30,149 bases of DNA. Origin: Vulcanimicrobiota bacterium (GTDB lineage: Bacteria > Vulcanimicrobiota > JAJTBE01). A model generated the notes under the pieces. The model ran no database searches and was not told where the DNA came from. It was given only the letters and a program-made list of their open reading frames with translations. A program made the position numbers and the translations under genes. The stretch covers positions 1 through 30,149 of the forward strand of contig JAIORV010000138.1 in assembly GCA_021107945.1 (NCBI GenBank). Reading direction: 5' to 3'. Positions 17,365 to 25,976 of this stretch are shown piece after piece (the stretch's first letter is position 1; every line of letters starts with the position of its first letter).

Positions 17365-17520
17365 ACCAGTTTGGCGGCAAACCTAAAGGTTTGAGCTACG
17401 AGGTTTGAGCTACGAACGTAGCGCGGGTTTTTAAACCCGCTGATCATCTATGAGGTTTGGGGTGCGAGGTTTGGGTTGCGAACGTAGCGCGGGTTTTTAA
17501 ACCCGCTGGTCATCTGCGAG
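17365..17520 (+). repeat. Mosaic REP module M2 with two tandem REP copies (17418-17440 and 17484-17506)
   Basis: GGCAAACCTAAAGGTTTGAGCTACG, then two AGGTTTGRG-N-GAACGTAGCGCGGGTTTTTAAACCCGCTGRTCATCT units. Confidence 0.85.
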
Positions 17521-17613
17521 GTTTGAGATCAATTTGCATTATGGAGAGGATTGTTATATTATCACGTCAAAAAATAAAAAAAAGAGAATCTTGAAAAAGG
17601 GGGATCTAATCCG

Positions 17614-18111
17614 ATGGAACAACAATCTAAAAAATTACATTTCAAAGCGAAGAGATTGAAGGGATTTGAATACCACGGATTTTATCGCTATTTCCTGACA
17701 TTGTGCGTAGAAAAAAAACACCCCCTTTTCAAATCACAAAAACTAGTGGAGTTCATCCGCAGAAGTTTTTTCAAGACGGCTGAAGAATGGAAACCTGACA
17801 TAATCTGCTTTTGCTTTATGCCCGATCATCTTCATTTACTCGTCGGCGGGCTCGACGAATCCTCGGTTCTGAAGGGATTTATCAAAAATTTCAAACAAAA
17901 AACCGGTTACGCCTTCAAGCAAAAGACCGGGCGAAAATTATGGCAAAGGAGTTTCTATGACCATATTCTCCGGGATGAGGAGGAGACATACGTTATAGGC
18001 AAATATATTCTTGAGAACCCGGTGAGAAAAGGGATTGTGGAAGATTATCGGGATTATCCATTTTCATGGTGTAAATATTTTGAGTTGAAAGATGGGGATT
18101 CGGTTATTTGA
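17614..18111 (+). CDS. REP-associated tyrosine transposase (RAYT, IS200-like Y1 HuH transposase)
   Basis: 165 aa. HuH motif MPDHLHLLV. Catalytic Tyr motif YILENPVRKG (the YxxxNPV of TnpA_REP). Flanked on both sides by GTAG-palindrome REPs. AAGGGGGAT RBS. Confidence 0.85.
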   Translation: MEQQSKKLHFKAKRLKGFEYHGFYRYFLTLCVEKKHPLFKSQKLVEFIRRSFFKTAEEWKPDIICFCFMPDHLHLLVGGLDESSVLKGFIKNFKQKTGYAFKQKTGRKLWQRSFYDHILRDEEETYVIGKYILENPVRKGIVEDYRDYPFSWCKYFELKDGDSVI

Positions 18112-18116
18112 AGACA

Positions 18117-18219
18117 AATTGGCAAACAAATTCGCAAACAAATTGGCAAACCTAAAGGTTTGAGCTACGAGGTTTGAGAGGTTTGAGTTATGGAACGTAG
18201 CGCGGGTTTTTAAACCCGC
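18117..18219 (+). repeat. Mosaic REP module M3: 12-bp TTSGCAAACAAA x3, CCTAAAGGTTTGAGCTACGAGGTTTGAG, then REP at 18197-18219
   Basis: Direct reading. Same layout as M1 and M2. Confidence 0.85.
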
Positions 18220-18225
18220 TCGGTG

Positions 18226-18275
18226 ACTGAGCTTCCCCGTTTTGTTTTAGGGATAAATGATAACAAACATAAAGG
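18226..18275 (+). repeat. Duplicated leader segment L, copy 2 (provides the RBS region of the radical SAM gene)
   Basis: GACTGAGCTTCCCCGTTTTGTTTTAGGGATAAATGATAACAAACATAAAGG. Confidence 0.85.
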
Positions 18276-18287
18276 TGCCATAATAAT

Positions 18288-19430
18288 ATGCATATTACTC
18301 CGGAACAACAATCGAGGATGACAATGCCCATTACACATTGTGCGATATTTCTTACGGAGAGATGTGACCTTGCTTGCACTTATTGCTACCTGAAGAATAT
18401 CGCTCCTGCAAGAGATATGAGCGAGAAGGCCGGGATGGATGTTGTTGATTTTCTTTTATCACGGGCGAAAGAATATCTTTCAATAAGCTTTTTTGGCGGG
18501 GAGCCTCTGTTGGAATTTGATCTTATAAAAAAATTAATCTCCTATGCACGAAAAAGAGCGGAAGAGAATGAAATTAAAATCACTTTTTCCATAAACACGA
18601 ACGGCATACTGATCGACAGGGAAAAGATTGATTACCTTCGTAAAAACAGAATGGGAATAGTCCTCTCAATCGACGGGCTTCCGGAATCGCACGACACAAG
18701 GCGGATAACAAAAGAAGGTGGGGGGTCCTTTGACCTGCTGAATAAGAAAATCCCCATTCTTCTTGAAGATCCCCGGCAAGTGCATATAAGAATGACAGTC
18801 ACGCCTGATACTGTTTCGAAGATGTTCTGTGGGGTCAAATTTATTCACGACATCGGATTTCGAAGCCTTGCCGTGGCGATGGACAGAACTGCTCCCGGTT
18901 GGACAGGCGATAAGAAGAAAATTTTTGCAGACGAATACAAAGAAATCGTTGATTGGTATATTGATATGCTCAGGGAAGGAGACAAATTCAAGCTGATCGA
19001 TCTCGACTACGGTGCGGCAAGCCTGGATCATCCTTACCGGGAAAAGGGAATGCCTTGCGAAGCCGGCAGGAGTGGAATCGCCATTGATCCGGTGGGCATC
19101 ATATACCCATGCTACCGTTTCGTGGGGATGAAGGATACGGCAATTGGCGATATTTACAACGGATTTGATGATGAAAAGAGAAAAATATTCTTCGACTATT
19201 CCAGGTTGAATATTGAGAAATGTAAGAATTGTCCCTTCAATTTCCGCTGTCATCGCTGCCCATGGCTTTCATATACAATCACCGGTGATTATTCAGCTCC
19301 TGTTGACATCAACTGTTTTGAAGCGGATCTTATGATTGGTCTTTTCAGGTATTTCAGGGAGAAGATGGAGAAAGAAGAAAATGAGATTTACAGGAAAAGG
19401 GTTGAAATCCTGAAGAAAAAATATTTTTAA
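18288..19430 (+). CDS. Radical SAM/SPASM domain protein (anSME-like peptide or protein maturase)
   Basis: CDLACTYC (Cx3Cx2C). C-terminal Cx13Gx4C (CEAGRSGIAIDPVGIIYPC) and CKNCPFNFRCHRC cluster, typical of SPASM auxiliary Fe-S domains. Confidence 0.8.
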   Translation: MHITPEQQSRMTMPITHCAIFLTERCDLACTYCYLKNIAPARDMSEKAGMDVVDFLLSRAKEYLSISFFGGEPLLEFDLIKKLISYARKRAEENEIKITFSINTNGILIDREKIDYLRKNRMGIVLSIDGLPESHDTRRITKEGGGSFDLLNKKIPILLEDPRQVHIRMTVTPDTVSKMFCGVKFIHDIGFRSLAVAMDRTAPGWTGDKKKIFADEYKEIVDWYIDMLREGDKFKLIDLDYGAASLDHPYREKGMPCEAGRSGIAIDPVGIIYPCYRFVGMKDTAIGDIYNGFDDEKRKIFFDYSRLNIEKCKNCPFNFRCHRCPWLSYTITGDYSAPVDINCFEADLMIGLFRYFREKMEKEENEIYRKRVEILKKKYF

Positions 19431-19469
19431 GCATTCCCTGTCGGAGTGGAATCTTGCCACGAAAATCGA

Positions 19470-19555
19470 GGCTGGAAGCCTCTAAAGAGGCTAAGACGGC
19501 GTGGTTAAGCCATTCTCCCTCCCACCACAATAAATTGTGGTGTTGTCTTAAAAGT
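19470..19555 (+). ncRNA. Two-hairpin conserved RNA motif, copy B (3' of the radical SAM gene)
   Basis: CTGGAA-[AGCCTC-TAAA-GAGGCT]-...TGGTTAAGCC-pyrimidine tract-[CACCACAA-TAAA-TTGTGGTG]-TTGTCTTAA. Stems covary with copy A. Confidence 0.5.
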
Positions 19556-19580
19556 CAAATAATGTATATAAGATAAACAA

Positions 19581-21047
19581 CTACCTCAGCGTTTTTATTT
19601 TCTCTTTGACCTTTTTCACTTGGGAATTCCTGGGAGGCGCAAGCCTGACAAATTCCTTATATGCTTCAACAGCTTCTTTATTTCTGCCGACTTTTTCGCA
19701 TAACACCCCTTTCTGATAATATGCCCAGTAATATTTAGGGTCAACAGATATCGCCTTTGAAAAATCTTCTATCGCTTTCTCATTATCATCTATATCCCGG
19801 TATATTCGTCCCCTGTTGTAAAATGCATATTTATAATTGGGATCAATTGAAAGTGCGGCGTTCATATCCGCCAGTGCCTCATCATGCTTACCGAGCTTAC
19901 GATATGTATTTCCCCTGTTATTATATGCCTGTTTGAATTTTGGATTGAGTTTTATTGCTTCCGAGAAATCCGCGATTGCTTTTTGATTCATTCCCAGGTT
20001 CTTGTATGCGAGTCCCCTGTTGACGTATGCTCCCACGTTTTTCTTGGGGTCAATTTTAATAGTTCTCGTATTATCTGCGATGGATTCCCTATACTTTTTC
20101 TTTTTCAGCATAATCTGCCCGCGATTGTAATATGCAAGGGCGTAATTTGGATTCAACTTTATTGCCTTTGAATAATCTGCGAGAGCTTTTTCGGTATTCC
20201 CGGAATTTTGATTGCAAAGCCCCCTGTTATTGTATGCGATGTCATATTTGGGATCGATTTTTATCGCTGATGTATAATCTTTCATCGCCCTTTCGTATTT
20301 TTTCTTTCTCATATATGCATTCCCGCGGTTGTAATATGCCTTCTTGTATTTCGGATTCAATGTGATAACTCTGGTGTAATCCTCGATTGCTTTATCATAT
20401 TCTCTCATTGAGCTGTATGTAATACCGCGGTCATTGTATGCATCCTGGTATCCGGAGTATGTGGCTATAGCCTTTCCGAAGCTTTCCAACGCTTTCTTTT
20501 TGTTGTTTTTCTTCCTATAAACATTAGCTTTCTTGTAATGCGATTTCGCCAGCTTCATTTTTTGGGGAGAAACAGTGCTTGACACGGCAGGAGTCTCGAT
20601 TGATGCCGCCGGTGTTCCTGATACCTCGACAACTATCGGTGGAATGAATCTCTCAGACTTCTGAGCTTTGTAGTAATAAAGTATCCCCGCCGGGAAGGCA
20701 ATAAGTAACAACGATAATACAATCAATAATGGGAGAAGTGGATTGCCTTTCTTGTCTCTCCTGCCCTCGTTGGAATACTGACCGCTTTTTTCGTCCCGGT
20801 TTGAGGTGTAATCCCCGCGTTCCTGCTGAACGGATAAATCGGAGGGTCGTTGTCTCTCTGCATCCCGTACTGACTGACGTTTGCCAGTACTCCCACCTCC
20901 GGAGCGAGTTGAGCGGGATCTGTCACTTCCATTTTTCCTTGTAGATTGTGCCTGGTAGGACGATGAATCCTGTTTGATTCTGAATCCACAGGATATGCAA
21001 AATATACTTTTGTCGTCGTTCTCCACACCGCATGCGGGACATATCAT
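19581..21047 (-). CDS. Zinc-ribbon, TM and TPR-repeat protein
   Basis: N-terminal CPACG...CISCG zinc ribbon, Ser/Arg-rich disordered segment, one TM (LLPLLIVLSLLLIAF), and about 9 TPR repeats (AYYNRG...). Confidence 0.75.
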   Translation of the reverse strand: MICPACGVENDDKSIFCISCGFRIKQDSSSYQAQSTRKNGSDRSRSTRSGGGSTGKRQSVRDAERQRPSDLSVQQERGDYTSNRDEKSGQYSNEGRRDKKGNPLLPLLIVLSLLLIAFPAGILYYYKAQKSERFIPPIVVEVSGTPAASIETPAVSSTVSPQKMKLAKSHYKKANVYRKKNNKKKALESFGKAIATYSGYQDAYNDRGITYSSMREYDKAIEDYTRVITLNPKYKKAYYNRGNAYMRKKKYERAMKDYTSAIKIDPKYDIAYNNRGLCNQNSGNTEKALADYSKAIKLNPNYALAYYNRGQIMLKKKKYRESIADNTRTIKIDPKKNVGAYVNRGLAYKNLGMNQKAIADFSEAIKLNPKFKQAYNNRGNTYRKLGKHDEALADMNAALSIDPNYKYAFYNRGRIYRDIDDNEKAIEDFSKAISVDPKYYWAYYQKGVLCEKVGRNKEAVEAYKEFVRLAPPRNSQVKKVKEKIKTLR

Positions 21048-21256
21048 GGCGATTTCCTTTCTCTCTTTACCCTGGTTTTATTCCTGGAACGATAAGAGTA
21101 TTTTTCCCATCAACACGAATTCCTGCTTAGTTTTTGCCCTATATGTTCAGTCCGGGCAATCGGGGGCAGCCGTTCTCGGTGTTTTAGAAAGGGAATAATC
21201 GGATTGCAGAAAAGCTGAAATGTGTTATAATTTATCTTGGCAAGGAGATAAGGATA

Positions 21257-22174
21257 TTGAGAATAATAGCTGAAACAAGAATTCCGGTAAAAATCAAATT
21301 TTCACTCAAAATATTGCTTGTCATAATTATTGCGATTTTATTCATCTCAATTTTTTATACAGGAAATGTATTTGCGGATTACACGGTGAAGGAGAAAAAG
21401 GACATACCGTACGTAACCGGTAGTAAATCTCATCCTGAGAAGCACAAGTTGAATGTTTTTTATCCGGAAGGAAAGAAGAATTGCCCCGTCTATATGTTTA
21501 TACACGGCGGCGGATGGAAAAAAGGCGACAGGAAATTGTATGACAAACTTGGCAAGACATTCGCCAGGAAGGGTATCGTGGCGGTCATAATAAGCTACAG
21601 GCTATCGCCCGATTACAGACATCCCGCCCATGTACAGGACGCCGCCTCTGCATTTGCCTGGACATACAAAAATATCAAGAAATACAGCGGTGATCCGGGC
21701 AATATTTTCGTCAGCGGACATTCCGCCGGGGGGCACATATCGGCGTTGTTGGCACTGGACGGCCAATACTTGAAAGCCCATGGATTATCGCCAAAAAATA
21801 TCAGGGGAGTTATTCCCATCAGTGGGCTTTATAAAATTGCATTTCCGACTCCCGGCAAGGGAATAAGTAGAAGAGACAAGAAATTAATGCCTGTGTTCGG
21901 CAAAGATCAATCCAAATGGGATTCCGCTTCACCCATCACTTATGTCAGGAAAGATGTGCCGCCGTTTCTCATTCTCACGGGAGAAAAGGAGCCGAGATTC
22001 GTGATTTACCAGGCGAAATTGTTTTGTAACGCACTGAAGAGAAAAGGCGCGAATGTATGGAAAAAGGAAATCCCCGGTAAGAATCATATCACCGAGATCA
22101 GATCGATTGGCAGGAGTGGTGATAAGACTTCTCCCATTGTAATAAAGTTTATTAATGAGGAAAGCAAGAATTGA
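21257..22174 (+). CDS. Alpha/beta hydrolase (esterase/lipase, HGGG family)
   Basis: HGGGW oxyanion motif and GHSAGG nucleophile elbow. N-terminal signal anchor. TTG start with AAGGAGATAAGGA RBS. Confidence 0.75.
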   Translation: MRIIAETRIPVKIKFSLKILLVIIIAILFISIFYTGNVFADYTVKEKKDIPYVTGSKSHPEKHKLNVFYPEGKKNCPVYMFIHGGGWKKGDRKLYDKLGKTFARKGIVAVIISYRLSPDYRHPAHVQDAASAFAWTYKNIKKYSGDPGNIFVSGHSAGGHISALLALDGQYLKAHGLSPKNIRGVIPISGLYKIAFPTPGKGISRRDKKLMPVFGKDQSKWDSASPITYVRKDVPPFLILTGEKEPRFVIYQAKLFCNALKRKGANVWKKEIPGKNHITEIRSIGRSGDKTSPIVIKFINEESKN

Positions 22175-22228
22175 TTTAAGGAACTAAAGAGTTTTTTACC
22201 TCTGAGGAAATAAGGAAAATACGAAATT

Positions 22229-22251
22229 TCTCTGCGAGCTCTGCGTTGAAA
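22229..22251. repeat. 23-bp dispersed repeat TCTCTGCGAGCTCTGCGTTGAA, copy 2 (5' of nfeD)
   Basis: 22 of 23 identical to 221-243 (TCTCTGCGACCTCTGCGTTGAA). Internal direct half-repeats CTCTGCGA and CTCTGCGT. Confidence 0.8.
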
Positions 22252-22274
22252 AATAATAAAGATGGTGATTTTAA

Positions 22275-23726
22275 ATGCCAAAAAAATACATATTCATAAT
22301 AATTCTCCTAATGGGGCTGGTTCTTCTTTCAAGCAGTCTTGTGATCGGGCGGAATTTGCCCGATAAAGATCAGCCCGTCGATGTAATTGTGGTAAAAGGA
22401 GCAATCTTTTCATCAACCGCACGTTATATCGAGCGCGGCATAAAACAGTCCGAGGAAGACGGCGCAATTTGTATCATCCAACTGGACACTCCCGGCGGAC
22501 TGGTCAAGTCGATGAGAGACATAATACAGGCGATGCAGGCTTCCGAGGTACCCGTTGTTGTCTATGTTTCTCCACATGGAGCTATGGCGACAAGTGCGGG
22601 CGCATATATCACGTATGCATCACATATCGCAGCGATGGCGCCGGGAACTCATATAGGATCGGCGCATCCCGTCTCCATAGGACAGGAGAACAAGCGCTGG
22701 AAAAAGAATGACGAGAATCCTTATGAATTCGGAAAAAAGAAAGAGGATGATAAAAAGAGCAAAGACAAGAAAAAAGATGATAAAAAAATAAAAGAAGATA
22801 AAAAGAAGGAGAAATCTTCCCCCGGGGTTGAGGCAGACATAGGCATGGAAAAAGCCACGAATGCAATGGTGGCGTTGATTCGTTCCCTAGCTGAGAAAAC
22901 AGGACGAAACGCCGACTGGGCGGAGAAAGCTGTCAGGGAATCCGCTTCTATCACGGCAAACGAAGCTGTAAAACTTAAGGTTGTCGAAATCAATGCGGAG
23001 GATCTCAGGGATCTTCTTGAAAAACTCCGGGGAAGAAAAGTCACATTGCCCGGAAAGAAAGTTGTAACGCTTTACCCGTCACAGGATAATATAAAATATA
23101 TACGCATGTCTGCAATTGAGCGATTCCTTCTGACGATCAACGATCCACAGATTGCAATTATACTCATGTTTCTCGGAACAATGGGTCTCTATTTCGAGCT
23201 TGCAAATCCCGGAGCAACAATTCCCGGCATCATCGGCGGAATATGCATTATTCTCAGCTTATATACACTGGGATCCCTTCCTATAAATTATGCCGCGCTT
23301 GGGCTTATCATACTCGCCGCGATACTATTCATAGCTGAGGTTTTCACACCCACATTCGGCGCCCTCACAATGGGGGGCGTTATAGCGTTTACTCTCGGGG
23401 CGGTTTTCCTCATACCCGCAGGCGTTCCATATCTTGAAATATCAAAAAGCCTAATTTTCTCAATAGCTCTCTTGATGGGTATTATCTCATTCCTCATATT
23501 CACCATGGTAATAAAAATGATGAGAACAAAGCCCGTCTCGGGCAAAGAAGGAATGATAGGAAAAATCGGAACTGCAAAAGAAAATCTTGATCCTGAGGGA
23601 ACAATCCTTTTTATGGGCGAATTTTGGAATGCAAAATCTGAAGGAGATATAATTCAGAAAGGTAAAAAAGTGAAAGTTGAAAAAGTCGAGGGGCTCCTTT
23701 TACATGTAAAAGAATACGAGGAGTAA
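22275..23726 (+). CDS. NfeD-like membrane-bound ClpP-class serine protease (long form) with C-terminal OB-fold
   Basis: 483 aa. N-terminal TM, ClpP/S49-like domain (TPGGLV...ATSAGAYI...GSAHPV), multi-TM segment and C-terminal OB domain. Followed by a stomatin gene. A Lys/Asp/Glu-rich insertion is encoded at about 22690-22830. Confidence 0.8.
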   Translation: MPKKYIFIIILLMGLVLLSSSLVIGRNLPDKDQPVDVIVVKGAIFSSTARYIERGIKQSEEDGAICIIQLDTPGGLVKSMRDIIQAMQASEVPVVVYVSPHGAMATSAGAYITYASHIAAMAPGTHIGSAHPVSIGQENKRWKKNDENPYEFGKKKEDDKKSKDKKKDDKKIKEDKKKEKSSPGVEADIGMEKATNAMVALIRSLAEKTGRNADWAEKAVRESASITANEAVKLKVVEINAEDLRDLLEKLRGRKVTLPGKKVVTLYPSQDNIKYIRMSAIERFLLTINDPQIAIILMFLGTMGLYFELANPGATIPGIIGGICIILSLYTLGSLPINYAALGLIILAAILFIAEVFTPTFGALTMGGVIAFTLGAVFLIPAGVPYLEISKSLIFSIALLMGIISFLIFTMVIKMMRTKPVSGKEGMIGKIGTAKENLDPEGTILFMGEFWNAKSEGDIIQKGKKVKVEKVEGLLLHVKEYEE

Positions 23727-24020
23727 TGGAGATATAGAATGCAAGGTTGCTTGAAGGAGACATTCCGCAGGCGAGAGGGTAATTGCAGGAGACAAAAAAG
23801 GTTTAACCCTTCTTGTGGAGAAGATAAAATTATAAGAAAAGGTAACTATTCACCACAGAAAGCTCATAAGTTTAAAGATAGCGGAAGCTTCAATTTTCTC
23901 ATACTTACGATGATATACTCCCATGAATAAAGAAACCGGCATGGATATAGCATCGTCAGAGTCAAAAAAAACAGGGGTGAATAGTAACAAAAATAAAGAT
24001 ATAGCAGGAGGATAGGAACG

Positions 24021-24851
24021 ATGCCAAAGTTATTCAGTACTTTCGGGTTTATAATTGTTTTTTTTCTAATAATAATATTACCCCAGATTTTCAAGATTGT
24101 CCAGGAATATGAAAGGGGAGTTGTTTTTCGCCTGGGACGTTATGCAGGAGTAAGAGGACCTGGCCTCATTATTCTCATTCCATTAATGGAACGGATGGTC
24201 AAAGTCGATCTCCGTATCATCACCATGGATGTCCCCGCCCAAGAAGTAATTACAAGAGACAACGTGACCATCAAGGTAAATGCCGTTGTATATTTCAAGG
24301 TGGTCGAACCGGAAAATGCAATTATCAGAGTAGAGCATTACATGCGGGCAACTTCACAATATGCTCAGACCGCGCTACGCTCAATCCTTGGACAGTCCGA
24401 GTTGGACGAAATATTGTCCCATACGGATGAAGTGAATGTTCAACTGCAGAAGATAATCGACGAAGCGACAGATAGCTGGGGCATAAAAGTAACAGCGGTC
24501 GAGTTGAAGGATGTCGAGCTTCCTCAGACGATGCAGAGAGCTATGGCGAAACAGGCAGAGGCTGAGCGTGAGAAGAGGGCGAAAATTATTCATGCCGAGG
24601 GTGAATCTCTTGCCGTCCGGAAGCTCACTGAAGCCGCCGAGGTAATGACAGTTTATCCTGCAGCTCTTCAGCTTCGATATTTACAGACACTAGCGGAGAT
24701 CGCGGTTGAGAAATCGTCCACGATCCTATTCCCCGTGCCTATTGACACATTGAGCTCGTTCTTGCAGAGTGTCGGAGGGAAAGTCAACCCGGACTTAGAA
24801 AAACCTGCCACCGAAAAACCCTCCATCGAACCACCCAAGGATTCAGGATAA
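24021..24851 (+). CDS. Stomatin-like SPFH/band-7 protein
   Basis: 276 aa. N-terminal TM and SPFH domain ([12 protein letters not shown]...). GGAGGA RBS. Classic nfeD-stomatin operon partner. Confidence 0.85.
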   Translation: MPKLFSTFGFIIVFFLIIILPQIFKIVQEYERGVVFRLGRYAGVRGPGLIILIPLMERMVKVDLRIITMDVPAQEVITRDNVTIKVNAVVYFKVVEPENAIIRVEHYMRATSQYAQTALRSILGQSELDEILSHTDEVNVQLQKIIDEATDSWGIKVTAVELKDVELPQTMQRAMAKQAEAEREKRAKIIHAEGESLAVRKLTEAAEVMTVYPAALQLRYLQTLAEIAVEKSSTILFPVPIDTLSSFLQSVGGKVNPDLEKPATEKPSIEPPKDSG

Positions 24852-24983
24852 CGGGACGAAGGATTTTTATTAATAACGAGTAAATCATGTAAGTATTATA
24901 ATAGCGCATGAAATTTCCCTTCGGTTTCAATCGGGGGAAATGGTAATGATATAATAATAATAAATAAAATGGAGGCGATATAA

Positions 24984-25892
24984 TTGGCAGTCGTTTATAT
25001 TGATGGAAAATTCTATGACAACAAGGATGATGCAAAAATTTCCGTATGGGATCATGGTTTCCTATATGGAGACGGAATTTTTGAGGGAATACGGGTCTAT
25101 AACGGATTAGTATTCAAGCTGGATGAACATCTGGATAGACTTTACGATTCTGCGAAGACTCTTGCAATGAAAATCCCCCTTAATTTCGAAGAGCTCAAGG
25201 AAGTAACCCTCGAGACAATCCGGCGCACAAAAGAGAAGGATTGTTACATCCGTCTTATTATTTCCCGTGGCAAGGGAGACCTGGGAATAGACCCCAGAAA
25301 ATGCCCAAAAGCTACCGTAGTGATTATAGTGGATACAATCAAATTATTCCCGGAGGAATTATACGATGTGGGAGTTGACGTGATTATCGCTTCAACACGC
25401 AAGAACGTTATGGATGCCCTTAATCCAAACGTTAAATCACTCAATTACCTTAACAATATTATGGCCAAGATAGAAGCGGTACATGCCGGTGTTCCGGAAG
25501 CTATTCTTGTCAATGCACATGGACATATAACCGAGGGAACCGCCGATAATATTTTCATTATTAAAAACGGTGTATTGAAAACCCCGCCGGCCTATGCAGG
25601 TATTCTCGTTGGAATTACAAGAAATCTTATAATGGACATCGCACGTTCCATGAACATCCCTGTACAGGAAACGCTTATGACTGCTCATGATTTATTCATT
25701 GCCGATGAGATTTTCCTTTCAGGAACCGCCGCAGAAATGATTCCCGTTATAAAAGTCAATCAAAGAGTTATTAACGATGGAAAACCGGGACCCATATTCC
25801 GCAAACTGCTGGAAGGACTCAGAGCAAAAACTAAAGTGGAAGGCACGCCCGTATATTCAAAAGAACAGTTGAATAAAATGGCGAAAGTATAG
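24984..25892 (+). CDS. ilvE: Branched-chain amino acid aminotransferase (class IV PLP fold)
   Basis: 302 aa. Reads LYGDGIFEGIRVYNG, then the class IV pattern. TTG start, 8 nt after a GGAGG RBS. Confidence 0.65.
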   Translation: MAVVYIDGKFYDNKDDAKISVWDHGFLYGDGIFEGIRVYNGLVFKLDEHLDRLYDSAKTLAMKIPLNFEELKEVTLETIRRTKEKDCYIRLIISRGKGDLGIDPRKCPKATVVIIVDTIKLFPEELYDVGVDVIIASTRKNVMDALNPNVKSLNYLNNIMAKIEAVHAGVPEAILVNAHGHITEGTADNIFIIKNGVLKTPPAYAGILVGITRNLIMDIARSMNIPVQETLMTAHDLFIADEIFLSGTAAEMIPVIKVNQRVINDGKPGPIFRKLLEGLRAKTKVEGTPVYSKEQLNKMAKV

Positions 25893-25944
25893 CATTCCAT
25901 TATCTGATTTTTATATTTAATAATATACAGAATCAATATAAAAC

Positions 25945-25976
25945 CAAAAAACCCACATTGTAACATGTGGGTTTTT
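25945..25976. terminator. Bidirectional intrinsic terminator between ilvE and the HNH gene
   Basis: AAAAAA-CCCACAT-TGTAAC-ATGTGGG-TTTTTT. Perfect stem with flanking A and T tracts. Confidence 0.85.

Noticed and set aside
17400-17520. Possible mini-CRISPR array (palindromic ~26-nt repeat recurring at ~65-nt intervals)
   Set aside because: Only two or three units are present. The inter-repeat segments resemble each other (TGATCATCTATG versus TGGTCATCTGCG, AGGTTTGGG) rather than being unique spacers. The repeat starts with GTAG and is AT-rich in the loop, as in REPs. A RAYT gene is adjacent and no cas genes are present.
23739-23930. 63-aa ORF between nfeD and the stomatin gene
   Set aside because: It has no RBS, an Arg/Lys-rich low-complexity product and no conservation signal. 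It is probably 5' UTR of the stomatin gene.
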